In this document: piece after piece, positions 20,089-30,545 of the stretch
Numbering within the stretch: position 1 is the first letter of the stretch
Layout of the letters: each line of letters opens with the position of its first letter
Source of the DNA: Candidatus Falkowbacteria bacterium RIFOXYA2_FULL_47_19
GTDB taxonomy: Bacteria; Patescibacteriota; Patescibacteriia; Patescibacteriales; UBA12075
Length of the DNA stretch: 64,000 nt
Assembly (NCBI GenBank): GCA_001780275.1
Contig: MFGB01000005.1
Span: 84,306-148,305 of the forward strand
Direction of reading: 5' to 3'
Program-made: the position numbers and the translations under genes
Notes under the pieces: model-generated
The model's database searches: none
Told to the model about the DNA's origin: nothing
What the model saw: only the letters and a program-made list of their open reading frames with translations

Positions 20089-22716
20089 TTATTTGACCGA
20101 CACCGACAATCTATCCTTTATCCCCATGTCTATCGCTACCCTGTCTCCATTCTTGATCTTGCCTTCGATAATATCAAGCGCGAGCTCATCCAATATCATG
20201 TTCTGGATAATGCGCTTTAAGGGACGGGCGCCGAAAGTGACGTCATAGCCTTTATCCGCGAGCATCTTCTTAACTTTGGGCGCGATCTTTAATCTTATAT
20301 TCTGGTCCTTCAAACGATTTTCCAGCTTGATCAATTCAAGATCGACGATCTTCGTGAGCGTATCCTTGTCCAGGCTCTTGAAGATGACGATCTCGTCTAT
20401 CCGGTTAAGGAACTCGAGCTTGAAATGATTTTTTAGGATCGTGTCGATCTTTTCTTTCATCTCGTCGGAGCGCATTTTAGCCGCGTCAACCGCGTTTCCG
20501 CCGTCGGAGAAGCCGATTGAGTACTGCTTAATGACCTCATTCCCCAGGTTGGACGTCATGATCACGATCGTATTCTTGAAGTTGACCATCCGTCCCTTCG
20601 AATCCGTAACGCGGCCATCGTCCAATACCTGCAGGAGGATGTTGAATACTTCCGGGTGGGCCTTTTCGATCTCGTCGAAAAGAACCACGCTATACGGCCG
20701 GCGCCTGATCTTTTCGGTCAGTTGCCCCCCTTCGTCGTGCCCGACATAACCGGGAGGCGAACCGATGATCTTGGCGACCGAATGTTTTTCCATGAATTCG
20801 CTCATATCGATCCGGATAAGCGCCGCATCATCGTTGAACATGAATTTTGCTAAAGCCTTGGCTAATTCGGTCTTGCCGACCCCGGTCGGACCGACGAATA
20901 GGAAGGAACCGATCGGCCGCTGCTCTTCACTGATCCCGGCGCGGGAACGCCTGATGGCGTTAGCTACGGACTTGATCGCGTCCGCCTGCCCCTTGACCCG
21001 GGAAGATAATTCTTCTTCGGCGCGAGCCAGTTTTTTTATTTCTGATTCGAGCATTTTCGAGACCGGAATGCCGGTCCAGCGGGACACTACTTTCGCGATA
21101 TCTTCTTCGTCGATCTCTTCTTTAAGTATCCTTTGGCCGCTTTTCTGTATCTTAAAAAGTTCGTCTTCGTTCTTTTTTACCTCTTTTTCCAACTGGGGAA
21201 TCTTTGAATACCTGATTTCCGCCACCTCGGTAAGATCGTCGCCTTTTCTTTCTATTATCTCAGCTCGGACTTTAAGTTCGTCTATATCCTTTTTTGAAGC
21301 GCGTATCCGCGAGATGATCTCCTTTTCGTTGTTCCAATGCAATTCGATCTGGCCGGCTTTTTCCTTTATTTGCGCCAATTTCTCGTTTACGTGCGCCAGT
21401 TTAGACGAGTTTCTTTTTTCTTTGACCAAACCGGCTTTTTCGATCTCAAGGCGTTTTATCTCCCTTTTTAACTCATCGAGTTCTTCAGGCATGGAATCGA
21501 TCTCCATCCGCAGGGCGGAGGTAGCCTCGTCAACGAGGTCGACGGCTTTATCCGGCAGGAATCGGTCCGTAATATAGCGGGAAGAAAGTTTTACCGCCGC
21601 TATGATCGCGTCATCAGTGATCCTGACGCCATGATGCACCTCGTATTTTTCCTTTATGCCCCTAAGTATCGCGACCGCGTCTTCCTGGTTCGGTTCGGCC
21701 ACATAGATCGGCTGGAAGCGCCTTTCCAGAGCGGAATCGCGTTCGATATATTTCTGGTATTCCTTGGTAGTGGTCGCTCCGACGGCCTTAAGTTCGCCGC
21801 GGGCCAAAGCGGGTTTAAGCATATTAGAAGCGTCCATCGATCCTTCGGACGCTCCCGCGCCCACTAAGGTATGGAGCTCGTCGATGAACAATATTATCTT
21901 ACCGCCGTTGGCTTTAACTTCTTTCATGACCGCTTTCAAACGATCCTCGAATTCTCCGCGAAATTTGGCGCCCGCCACCAAGGCACCCAGATCCAGACTG
22001 ATCAATTCCTTGTTTTTCAAGGTTTCGGGCACGTCCCCGGAAACGATCCTTTGGGCCAAGCCCTCGACGATAGCGGTTTTGCCGGTACCGGCCTCGCCGA
22101 TCAAAACCGGATTATTCTTGGTGCGGCGGGACAAAACCTGCATGATGCGCCTGATCTCGTTGTCCCGGCCGATTACCGGATCAAGCTTTTTCTTGCGAGC
22201 CAGATCGGTCAGGTTTATGGCATATTTTTCCATGACCTTATACTTGGTTTCGGGGTCGGGGTTATCGACTTTTTGCGTACCGCGCAGTTTCGACAATATT
22301 CCTAAAACGTTTTCGTATTCGACGCCCAATCCGATCAATATCCCCTGGGCTTCGGTTTTTATTCCGATAAGCGCCAATAGCAAATGCTCGGTCGATATAT
22401 ATTCATCGCCCATTTGTTCAGCCTCTTTTTTCGATCGTTCCAAAACCATGGCAACCTCCGCCGTGCCCTGAACGGTGCCCACGGCCGAAACAGAAGACGA
22501 CTTCGGAAGTTTTTCTATCCGGTCGTAAACTTTTTGCTCGACCGTTTCGGGAGCGACTTTCAGTTTTTCCAGGATCGGCTTGACCAGGCTTTCGCTTTGA
22601 GTCAGAAGCGAAGCCAGAATATGCAAAGCCTCGATCTGCATCTGTCCGTGATCCTGGGCGATTATCTGGGCGTTTATGATCGCCTCCTGTGATTTATTAG
22701 TAAATTTATTGAACAT
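20089..22716 (-). CDS. clpB: ATP-dependent chaperone ClpB
   Basis: Two AAA+ modules ([16 protein letters not shown]), GAKFRGEFE, middle coiled coil, PPGYVG. Confidence 0.97.
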   Translation of the reverse strand: MFNKFTNKSQEAIINAQIIAQDHGQMQIEALHILASLLTQSESLVKPILEKLKVAPETVEQKVYDRIEKLPKSSSVSAVGTVQGTAEVAMVLERSKKEAEQMGDEYISTEHLLLALIGIKTEAQGILIGLGVEYENVLGILSKLRGTQKVDNPDPETKYKVMEKYAINLTDLARKKKLDPVIGRDNEIRRIMQVLSRRTKNNPVLIGEAGTGKTAIVEGLAQRIVSGDVPETLKNKELISLDLGALVAGAKFRGEFEDRLKAVMKEVKANGGKIILFIDELHTLVGAGASEGSMDASNMLKPALARGELKAVGATTTKEYQKYIERDSALERRFQPIYVAEPNQEDAVAILRGIKEKYEVHHGVRITDDAIIAAVKLSSRYITDRFLPDKAVDLVDEATSALRMEIDSMPEELDELKREIKRLEIEKAGLVKEKRNSSKLAHVNEKLAQIKEKAGQIELHWNNEKEIISRIRASKKDIDELKVRAEIIERKGDDLTEVAEIRYSKIPQLEKEVKKNEDELFKIQKSGQRILKEEIDEEDIAKVVSRWTGIPVSKMLESEIKKLARAEEELSSRVKGQADAIKSVANAIRRSRAGISEEQRPIGSFLFVGPTGVGKTELAKALAKFMFNDDAALIRIDMSEFMEKHSVAKIIGSPPGYVGHDEGGQLTEKIRRRPYSVVLFDEIEKAHPEVFNILLQVLDDGRVTDSKGRMVNFKNTIVIMTSNLGNEVIKQYSIGFSDGGNAVDAAKMRSDEMKEKIDTILKNHFKLEFLNRIDEIVIFKSLDKDTLTKIVDLELIKLENRLKDQNIRLKIAPKVKKMLADKGYDVTFGARPLKRIIQNMILDELALDIIEGKIKNGDRVAIDMGIKDRLSVSVK

Positions 22717-22779
22717 ATTTTTATATCTTTAAATTATTATTATAAAATAAATAAGTTAACCCATAGTTAGAATAGCGTG

Positions 22780-22806
22780 TTAGCACTCTTACGACATGAG
22801 TGCTAA
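22780..22806. promoter_or_regulatory. CIRCE element (HrcA operator) of clpB
   Basis: Perfect TTAGCACTC-N9-GAGTGCTAA between the minus-strand TTGACA/TATAAT promoter and clpB. Confidence 0.97.
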
Positions 22807-22923
22807 TTATAATTTACAACAAAAGAATTTACGTGTCAAGTGCTCAAGGATTTTTAAAAATTTTATAATATAATTAGCTAAAATAAAATACCCCTTAAGG
22901 CATTAAAATTTAGGTAATAATAT

Positions 22924-23958
22924 TTATTCGATGATATTCAGGTCGCGGTCGCAATAGGCGCAGCGCCCGCCCGCATCCAGTCGTTCTATGCTATATCCCA
23001 TTCGCCGTATAGCGATCTCGCCGCATTTGGGACAGTAAGTATTTTCTTTCTGGTCGCCGGGGATATTGCCGGCATAAACATATTTAAGTCCCGCTTCCCG
23101 GCCGATCTCGCAAGCCTCGTATATAAGGTCGTCGGCGGTTGGAGCCAGGCTTTTAAGCTTCCATGACAAAGAAGGGGAAAACCGGGTGACGTGCCAGGGT
23201 ACGTCAACGTCAAGTTCTCCGGCAATGAATTCCGCTACCCGGTTTAGCATGGACGAGTTAGCGGATAAAGAGGGGATTATGAGCGTCGTTATCTCCAGGT
23301 GGACCTGTTCCTGTTTTAACATTTTCAGATTTTCCAGAACCGGATCCAGACGCGCTTCGCAATTAGCTTTATAAAAATCATTATCGATCGATTTCAGGTC
23401 AACATTGATCGCGTCCAGATGGGGGATTATGGCACTAAGACAATCTTCGCTCATATAGCCGTTAGAAACCCAAACATTCTTAAGGCCGCTTTTCCGGGCT
23501 AACTTCATGATATCCAGGGCGTATTCGGCGAATACGGTCGGCTCGTTGTAGGTATAGGAAATTGAAACGCAATCATTGGCTAACGCCTCTTCGATCATTC
23601 TTTCCGGCGTAACGAAATTCAGATCTTTTATTTTTTTTTCAAGCGTTTTGGCCTGGCTAATGTTCCAGTTCTGGCAGTTGGCGCAAGCGAAGTTGCAACC
23701 CAGGGTGCCGAAAGAATAAGTACTGGAACCGGGAAAAAAATGAAACAGAGGTTTTTTTTCAACCGGATCCACATTAGCGTCCAGCGGGTATCCGTAAACC
23801 AGGGAATATAAAACGCCGTTATCATTTTTTCGGGCGCGGCAAATACCGGTCTGACCGTTTTTGATCACGCAAAAATGGCTGCAAAGGCGGCATTCTACGG
23901 ATCTATCATCAAGTTTTTTATAAAATAAGGCTTCATGCATACCGATTTTCAAATACAT
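22924..23958 (-). CDS. amrS: AmmeMemoRadiSam radical SAM enzyme
   Basis: CRLCSHFC, DPVEKKPLFHF, GCNFACANCQNW, YTYNEP, C-terminal CPKC...CAYC. Start may be 23940. Confidence 0.93.
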   Translation of the reverse strand: MYLKIGMHEALFYKKLDDRSVECRLCSHFCVIKNGQTGICRARKNDNGVLYSLVYGYPLDANVDPVEKKPLFHFFPGSSTYSFGTLGCNFACANCQNWNISQAKTLEKKIKDLNFVTPERMIEEALANDCVSISYTYNEPTVFAEYALDIMKLARKSGLKNVWVSNGYMSEDCLSAIIPHLDAINVDLKSIDNDFYKANCEARLDPVLENLKMLKQEQVHLEITTLIIPSLSANSSMLNRVAEFIAGELDVDVPWHVTRFSPSLSWKLKSLAPTADDLIYEACEIGREAGLKYVYAGNIPGDQKENTYCPKCGEIAIRRMGYSIERLDAGGRCAYCDRDLNIIE

Positions 23959-23992
23959 TGCTTAACCTCGCTATTTACAGTATAATAATTAT

Positions 23993-24562
23993 ATGAAAAA
24001 TGTCAAAAATAAAAGATTGTTCATAGCCTTGAACCTCCCCGCCGAGATGAAACAAAGCGTAAAAATTTTTCTTGACGGAATTAAGGAAAGTATCCCGGGG
24101 GTTGTCTGGGCGCATCCTTTGACACTACATATTACCCTTCATTTTCTAGGGGATACCGGACCGGAGCAAGCCGAAAAAATAAAAATGGAAATGCAAAACC
24201 TTTCCGGCAAGTACCACCCGATGGAATTCGCTTTAAGCGGCCGGCTGAACGCTTTTCCGGCCATGAATAATCCTAAGATCCTGTACCTGGAGTTAAAGCA
24301 GTCAAACGGCAATTCCGCCCTTTCGCTCCAAAAAATATTGGGCAAAAATCTCTCCCAATGGATAAAGATCGATAAGCGGCCATGGCATCCCCATATTACG
24401 ATCGGCCGGATAAAAGAACCTTCCGTATTCCGCCTTCCCGTAACCGTGCCGCTTATGCGGTCCGGCGGATTCGCGGTCGAAAGTTTTGACCTGATGGAAT
24501 CGAGATTATACCTGGCCGGCGCGCGGTATACGGTCGTGGAGAAATTTAAATTATCGCTTTAA
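23993..24562 (+). CDS. thpR: RNA 2',3'-cyclic phosphodiesterase (2H family)
   Basis: RLFIAL, HITLHFLG, PHITIGR. Confidence 0.92.
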   Translation: MKNVKNKRLFIALNLPAEMKQSVKIFLDGIKESIPGVVWAHPLTLHITLHFLGDTGPEQAEKIKMEMQNLSGKYHPMEFALSGRLNAFPAMNNPKILYLELKQSNGNSALSLQKILGKNLSQWIKIDKRPWHPHITIGRIKEPSVFRLPVTVPLMRSGGFAVESFDLMESRLYLAGARYTVVEKFKLSL

Positions 24563-24569
24563 TTTTAAT

Positions 24570-25775
24570 ATGGATAATATTAATATATTAGGTATAGGCA
24601 TAAGTTCGATCGATAAAATTTCTCTTTGGAAAAAGATCGGGGGGTTTTTGTCAGACGGCCGCCAGCATTATATTGTTACCCCTAATCCTGAAATAATCCT
24701 TGAGTCTTTGCGCGACGAGGAGTTTTGGCATATCCTTAACCACGCCGATCTGGCTTTACCGGACGGTGTTGGGCTTAAATTCGCCGCGTGGACAATGGGT
24801 TTTAATTTAAAACGCGTGACCGGAGCTGATCTTACCGTGGAGATACTAAAAATGGCTGAAAGCGAAAACCGCAAAATAGCCGTATTGAACTGGCGCAAAA
24901 GCCTTTCGCGAAAAGAAGACATAGAAACCGTTTTGCGGAAAAACTATCCGAAGCTGAACTTCGCGATCGAAGAGGTCGATCGGGAATGGAGCATGCCCTA
25001 TTACCAGAATATCAATGTTTTCCAGCCCGAAATAATATTCGTAACCTTAGGCGCTCCCTGGCAGGAAAAGTTCATTTATGGCAACCTGCCGAAAATGCCT
25101 TATGTTAAATTAGCCGTCGGCGTGGGCGGTTCTTTCGATTTTTTGACCCAAAAAATAAAACGCGCGCCTAAACCAATACGTGTCCTCGGGTTTGAATGGT
25201 TATGGCGGGTTTTTAAAGAAACCGGGGGGCGGCGGCTGTGGCGCCTTAAGAGAATATATCAAGCGGTTATCATATTCCCTTATAAATTCATCAAATGGCG
25301 ATTTATACTGCCGTTTTTATACCGTCCGAATGTCGCCTGCCTGCTGTTCAAAAAAGAAAATGATAGATATCGGATTTTATTGACGGAACGAAAAGATGAT
25401 CCCGGCCATTGGCAACTGCCGCAGGGGGGAACGGACGGGGAAAACATAGAAACGGCCGGCACGCGGGAATTGTCAGAGGAGCTTAACACTAATAAATTCA
25501 AGCCCCTTGCTTCTTTCGAAAATTTGTATAAATATAAATTCGCTGATAGAACGGGTTACAGGACCAATCAACATATCGGTTATCGGGGACAAAAACAAGG
25601 GCTTTTTATCGCCGAGTTCATCGGAAAAGACGAGGATATTGATCCGAATTACTGGGATCACGCCGGCTGGAAATGGGTAGATAGCGATAAACTGGTAGAA
25701 GGGGTGCATGAAGTAAGGCGGACGGCGGCAAAAATATATTTGGAAAAATTTAATAAAGCAATGAACAAACAATAA
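24570..25775 (+). CDS. WecB/TagA/CpsF glycosyltransferase fused to an RppH-like Nudix hydrolase
   Basis: VTPNPE, PDGVG, RVTGAD, GAPWQE, GVGGSFD, EWLWR; then YRPNV, WQLPQGG, Nudix box RELSEE, YRGQKQ. Confidence 0.9.
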   Translation: MDNINILGIGISSIDKISLWKKIGGFLSDGRQHYIVTPNPEIILESLRDEEFWHILNHADLALPDGVGLKFAAWTMGFNLKRVTGADLTVEILKMAESENRKIAVLNWRKSLSRKEDIETVLRKNYPKLNFAIEEVDREWSMPYYQNINVFQPEIIFVTLGAPWQEKFIYGNLPKMPYVKLAVGVGGSFDFLTQKIKRAPKPIRVLGFEWLWRVFKETGGRRLWRLKRIYQAVIIFPYKFIKWRFILPFLYRPNVACLLFKKENDRYRILLTERKDDPGHWQLPQGGTDGENIETAGTRELSEELNTNKFKPLASFENLYKYKFADRTGYRTNQHIGYRGQKQGLFIAEFIGKDEDIDPNYWDHAGWKWVDSDKLVEGVHEVRRTAAKIYLEKFNKAMNKQ

Positions 25776-25780
25776 ACAAT

Positions 25781-25969
25781 ATGAAAATGCGTTTAAAAAA
25801 ATACATCTACCTTATAAATGACATAACCAACATAATCTTAAAAAAGGACAGAGAGGAAGAGGCGGCGCAAGCGGCGGAAAACGTCAAAAAACTGCGGACA
25901 GCGCTTATCGCGGCGGGTTTTCTTCTCCTGGTCTCGCTTATATTCAATATTTATTTTCTTATCGGTTAA
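25781..25969 (+). CDS. Small membrane-anchored hypothetical protein
   Basis: C-terminal hydrophobic helix; operon position. Confidence 0.6.
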   Translation: MKMRLKKYIYLINDITNIILKKDREEEAAQAAENVKKLRTALIAAGFLLLVSLIFNIYFLIG

Positions 25970-26002
25970 AAACTGTACAAAAAATTTGTACAGCAAAAAA
26001 AT

Positions 26003-26755
26003 ATGAAACTGACTGTTTTAGGTTCCGGTACTTTATTTTTGACCCCAAAAAGATTCCCTTCGGCTTTTTTACTTGAGCACGAAAACAAGAAAATTCTCCT
26101 GGATTGCGGTTTCGGCGCCATAGCCCGATTATCCGAAGCGAGCATAGACCACAGGGATATCGGCGCTATCCTGATATCGCATTTCCACACGGATCATTTC
26201 GGGGACTGTTTCAACCTCATCCACTCTCGTTGGGTCGGGGATTGCTACGAAGGCCGTAAAAACAGGAAGATCGTTATAGCCGGACCGCAAACCATCGAAA
26301 GAAGATTCAAGGAATGGCGCCGGATCTTCTGGCCGGAACCGAAAGAGCATCATCCGGTGGAGTTCCGCGAAGGAACCGTCGTTTTCAGGACAGGCGGAAT
26401 AAGCGTGAAGACCTTTCCGGTTTTTCACGTGCCCTGGTTTAAATCGGTCGGTTACGTGATAAAAGCCGGCGGCAAAAAGCTGGTTTATCCGGGAGATATC
26501 GGTAGTGAAAAAAGCTTAAGTTGTCTGTCCGAAGCGGCGCGTAACGCGGATCTGCTTATTATTGAAGCTGGATATCCGAAACCTACACCCAACCATTTCA
26601 GTCTGGACCGGCTTGACCGTATCATGAAAATAGCTAATGTAAAAAAAGCCCTGATATGCCACTTAAAGGAGTCTGATGAAATACGCGTAAAAGAATATGC
26701 AAAAACGAGAAAAAAATGTATAATAGCTGAAGATAAATTAAATCTTAAATTATAA
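26003..26755 (+). CDS. Metallo-beta-lactamase fold hydrolase (RNase Z-like)
   Basis: LGSG, LDCG, SHFHTDHFGD, YPGD, NH, CH. Confidence 0.88.
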   Translation: MKLTVLGSGTLFLTPKRFPSAFLLEHENKKILLDCGFGAIARLSEASIDHRDIGAILISHFHTDHFGDCFNLIHSRWVGDCYEGRKNRKIVIAGPQTIERRFKEWRRIFWPEPKEHHPVEFREGTVVFRTGGISVKTFPVFHVPWFKSVGYVIKAGGKKLVYPGDIGSEKSLSCLSEAARNADLLIIEAGYPKPTPNHFSLDRLDRIMKIANVKKALICHLKESDEIRVKEYAKTRKKCIIAEDKLNLKL

Positions 26756-26759
26756 ATAT

Positions 26760-28226
26760 ATGGAAAAAATAAGAACGCGCTTCGCTCCCAGCCCGACCGG
26801 ATTTTTGCATATCGGCAACTTCCGCACGGCTTTATTCGCCTATCTGATCGCCAGGGCCGAGCATGGCACGCTGGCGCTACGCATCGAAGATACTGATGAA
26901 AAGCGTTACGTTGGTGAAGCGGAAGAGGCGCTTTTCCGGATTCTCGACTGGAGCGGCCTTAAATTCGATGAAGGACCCGGTATCGGCGGCGAATACGGAC
27001 CGTACGTGCAGAGCCAGCGCCAGGCGATTTACGATAAATACCGGGATGAAATTCTGGCTAAAGGCGGCGCTTATCATTGTTTCTGCAGTCCGGAAAGGCT
27101 GGAAAAAATGCGCGCCGAACAGCAGGCGAATAAGCAGGCGCCACGCTATGACCGCCATTGCCGTGATTTATACCCGGAAGAAGTTGAGGAGAGAATAAAA
27201 GCGGGAGAAAAATACGTGATCAGACAGAAGATGCCTTTAGACGGCGAGGTAGTGGCCCACGATGAATTGCGCGGAGATATTAAATTTCAGGCGTCAGAAC
27301 TGGAAGACCATGTGCTTATTAAATCAAGCGGCATGCCGACTTATCAGTTCGCAGTAGTAGTTGATGACCACCTGATGGAAATAACCCATGTCGTCCGAGG
27401 TGAAGACTGGATACCCTCTTTTCCTAAAAACATTTTGTTATACAAATCCTTTGGCTGGGATGTGCCTAAATTCGTACATCCGCCGTTAATTTTAAATAAA
27501 GGCGGCGGTAAATTATCAAAACGCCAAGGCGATGTAGCCGTCGAAGACTATCGCGACAAGGGCTATCTAACTGAGGCGCTTATAAATTTTTGCGCGCTTT
27601 TAGGCTGGCATCCGAAAGGCGATAATGAAATATTGACCCTGAAAGAGCTTGAAGAAACCTTTGACTATAAAAATATCGGCACAAGTCCGGCGGTCTTCGA
27701 TATTGATAAGCTGGACTACTTTAACGGCTATTACATCCGGCAGAAACCACTTGGTGAACTGGTCGAATTGTGCCGACCGTTTCTAGAAAAAAACCTGGCC
27801 CTGACCGATAATCCTCGAAAGCAATCGAAAGATTTTATTACCAAAGTTGTTGAACTTGAACAGGAAAGACTCAAAAAACTTTCCGAGATCGGTGAACTTA
27901 CAAGATTCTTCTTTGTTGATAAACTGGACGCGGCCAAAGTTTTATTGCTTTTGCCCTGGAAAAAACTAACCGCCGAACAAGCGCGCGAAAACCTGAAGCT
28001 TATCGTCGGACTTATGGAAAAAATCCCTGAAGTAAATTGGACCAATGATTCCCTTGAAGAGGGGATTATGGACTATCTTAAAAAGAATGAACTTAGGGTA
28101 GGGGAATATCTTTGGCCGATGCGGGTCGCTTTGACCGGAGAAAAGGCCAGCCCCGGTCCTTTTGATGTGGCCGAGGTTTTAGGCAAGGCGGAAAGTTTAG
28201 AAAGAATAAAAGCGCTTACGATTTAA
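26760..28226 (+). CDS. gltX: Glutamate--tRNA ligase
   Basis: RFAPSPTGFLHIG, RIEDTD, KLSKR. Confidence 0.98.
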   Translation: MEKIRTRFAPSPTGFLHIGNFRTALFAYLIARAEHGTLALRIEDTDEKRYVGEAEEALFRILDWSGLKFDEGPGIGGEYGPYVQSQRQAIYDKYRDEILAKGGAYHCFCSPERLEKMRAEQQANKQAPRYDRHCRDLYPEEVEERIKAGEKYVIRQKMPLDGEVVAHDELRGDIKFQASELEDHVLIKSSGMPTYQFAVVVDDHLMEITHVVRGEDWIPSFPKNILLYKSFGWDVPKFVHPPLILNKGGGKLSKRQGDVAVEDYRDKGYLTEALINFCALLGWHPKGDNEILTLKELEETFDYKNIGTSPAVFDIDKLDYFNGYYIRQKPLGELVELCRPFLEKNLALTDNPRKQSKDFITKVVELEQERLKKLSEIGELTRFFFVDKLDAAKVLLLLPWKKLTAEQARENLKLIVGLMEKIPEVNWTNDSLEEGIMDYLKKNELRVGEYLWPMRVALTGEKASPGPFDVAEVLGKAESLERIKALTI

Positions 28227-28253
28227 ACGGGAAAAAATATAAAGGCGAGGTTT

Positions 28254-28282
28254 GTAGAGACGAGGCAATGCCTCGTCTCAAC
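28254..28282. repeat. GTAG-type REP-like palindrome, copy 2
   Basis: GTAGAGACGAGGCA-A-TGCCTCGTCTCAAC; compensatory changes relative to copy 1. Confidence 0.75.
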
Positions 28283-28328
28283 GTTTTGGTATTTTTTTTG
28301 GTTTATGTTATAATAATGGCACGGGATT

Positions 28329-29573
28329 ATGAAAAAAACGATCAAATTAGCTTTTTTATTGTTAGCGATTTTGGCCTGTCTCAACTCGGCTGATTTTATT
28401 ATGGGGGCAACTTTGAATTACGGCGACGCGGAAATGATCAATAAGGAGATTAAAGACATAAATAACGATATCCAGGATAACAAGAGCCAGATCAACAAGA
28501 TCCAGGAGCTGCAAAAAAAATACTCGGACGAGATCAAAAAAAAACAATCCGAAAAAGTGAGTCTTAATAACCAACTTTCTATCATGGATAACCGTCTGGC
28601 AAAGTCCGAGCTCGATATCGAACTTGTAGAAACCGAGATCGAACGCACCAAGCTCGAGATCAAAAAAACCGATATCGAGATCGAAAGCAAGAGTGAGGAG
28701 ATCGAAACGGAAAAAACCCACATCGCCAATATTATCCGGTTAATGCATAAAAGCGACCGGGTATCCACGCTCGAAATACTGCTTTTAAACGATTCTTTAT
28801 CCGATTTTTTGACCCAGGTAAAATACCTGGAAGACATGAACGAAAGCGTAAGCGATGGCCTTGATATCCTCGAAAAGCTCAAGCGCCAGCTTGAAAGCGA
28901 GAAAAGGGGATTGGACAGCCAGAATAAAGAACTGGCAAAATTAAGGGATGACCTTATTAACAAGAAGAAGCAGCTGGAGAGCGAGAAAGAAAGCAAGGCC
29001 CTGGTACTGACTCAGGTTAAATCATCGGAGCAGGAATACCAGAGACTCCTGGCCCAGGCCAAGAAAGAGCAGGAAGAGGTCGCCGCCGAGATCGCCAGCA
29101 TGGAAAAGCTGGTACGGGCTAAGATCGCGAAACTCCAGGGCAACGACAAGCTTGAGTTCAACGATAACGGCTTTATCTGGCCGGTACCCAAAAATGTCGT
29201 TACCGCTTATTTCCATGATCCTGATTATCCATTCCGTAATATCTTCGAGCATCCGGCGATCGATATCCGCGCGGCTCAGGGCTCAACCTTAAAAGCCGCC
29301 GCCTCCGGTTACGTTGCCCGGATTAAAACCGGCGGAGCAACCGGTTACGGCTATATAATGCTTATCCACGGCGACGGCTTATCGACCGTTTACGGGCACG
29401 TTTCGAAGATCTACGTGGCCGAAGACGAATACGTTGTCCAGGGGCAGGCTATCGGCCTATCAGGAGGCCTTCCAGGCACCCCCGGGGCCGGCCCCTTAAC
29501 CACCGGTCCGCATCTTCATTTTGAAGTCAGGCTTAACGGTATTCCGGTCGATCCTTTGAGTTATTTGCCGTAA
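28329..29573 (+). CDS. Coiled-coil M23 peptidase (EnvC/CwlO-like murein hydrolase)
   Basis: Signal peptide, long coiled coil, HPAID, YGH, HLHFEVR. Confidence 0.93.
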   Translation: MKKTIKLAFLLLAILACLNSADFIMGATLNYGDAEMINKEIKDINNDIQDNKSQINKIQELQKKYSDEIKKKQSEKVSLNNQLSIMDNRLAKSELDIELVETEIERTKLEIKKTDIEIESKSEEIETEKTHIANIIRLMHKSDRVSTLEILLLNDSLSDFLTQVKYLEDMNESVSDGLDILEKLKRQLESEKRGLDSQNKELAKLRDDLINKKKQLESEKESKALVLTQVKSSEQEYQRLLAQAKKEQEEVAAEIASMEKLVRAKIAKLQGNDKLEFNDNGFIWPVPKNVVTAYFHDPDYPFRNIFEHPAIDIRAAQGSTLKAAASGYVARIKTGGATGYGYIMLIHGDGLSTVYGHVSKIYVAEDEYVVQGQAIGLSGGLPGTPGAGPLTTGPHLHFEVRLNGIPVDPLSYLP

Positions 29574-29605
29574 CGAAAAATCCATGTTATCATGTTTATA
29601 ACTAT

Positions 29606-30022
29606 ATGGCGGAGGAAAAAATAACCAAAAAAGACGTACAAAAAATCGTGGACAAGGCGATTGATAGATTCGCCCGTCTTATTAATGTAAATTTTTCCGG
29701 ACAAGATAATAAAATAACGAAACTTGACGCTAAGATCGATGGCGTGGAAGCGAGGCTTGACGCTAAGATCGATGGCGTGGAAGCGAGGCTTGACGCTAAG
29801 ATCGATGGCGTGGAAGCGAGACTTGCTACTAAAATGGCCGAGGGCAATGATATGATAATCAGGGAATTGAAAGCCATGCGCGAAGAGAATGCGGCGGCTG
29901 TGGGCGGTAAACAAAGAATAGACGATAAACTTCTGAATCATGAGGACCGCATCGTCAGCCTGGAAAATTTTACGAAGACCAAGAAAATGAAAATCGCCGC
30001 CAAATGTCGTACGAAGAACTGA
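29606..30022 (+). CDS. Coiled-coil protein with 11-aa tandem repeats
   Basis: LDAKIDGVEAR x3. Confidence 0.75.
   Translation: MAEEKITKKDVQKIVDKAIDRFARLINVNFSGQDNKITKLDAKIDGVEARLDAKIDGVEARLDAKIDGVEARLATKMAEGNDMIIRELKAMREENAAAVGGKQRIDDKLLNHEDRIVSLENFTKTKKMKIAAKCRTKN
29723..29825 (+). repeat. 33-bp tandem repeat x3
   Basis: CTTGACGCTAAGATCGATGGCGTGGAAGCGAG(G/A) x3. Confidence 0.95.
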
Positions 30023-30381
30023 TACAATCCATTTGCGATCATGCCTTAAAAATATTGGGGCAGGGGACGCTTCGTTTCCGGCCTATGAGAAGAAAAACCC
30101 GCGTTGATCCGAAACGCGGTTTTGTTATCGGCCGGACAAACCTTAAAACCGGCCTGATCACGATCGATATTCTGACGCCGGCTAAACGCGAGCCCAAGAA
30201 AATAGCGTCGGTCTTGCGCACGCTCTGCCACGAAGTCGCGCACCACCAGAAACCGCCCTACAGGCAGTTTTACCGCTGGCGCTGGATCATGCGGCAGCAT
30301 TATCCGAAATTCTATAAACAGATACTAAAAAACATCGAAAAACTTAAAAAAGATGAAATATTAAAAAATTATTTTAATTAA
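30004..30381 (+). CDS. Small basic zincin metalloprotease (WLM/SprT-like)
   Basis: TLCHEVAHH HEXXH motif, later H...FY; very basic. Confidence 0.7.
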   Translation: MSYEELIQSICDHALKILGQGTLRFRPMRRKTRVDPKRGFVIGRTNLKTGLITIDILTPAKREPKKIASVLRTLCHEVAHHQKPPYRQFYRWRWIMRQHYPKFYKQILKNIEKLKKDEILKNYFN

Positions 30382-30545
30382 TCTTTGCTAATATTAAATA
30401 ATTTTTATATAAAATTAAAAATAAGTTAAAAGGCTCTTGACAGAGTCTTGTTTTTATGCTAGAATGGTAACAAGTTTCTATAAACCTGGGTCGTTAATTA
30501 AGACCCTGACAACAACCATTCTTTCAAAACACAGGAGGATCAAGC

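Noticed and set aside
11972..23958. amrB and amrS as one novel operon
   Set aside because: They are 10 kb apart, belong to the known AmmeMemoRadiSam system, and amrA is not in the window.
29723..29825. Possible CRISPR array
   Set aside because: Contiguous in-frame 33-bp units with no spacers and no cas genes.
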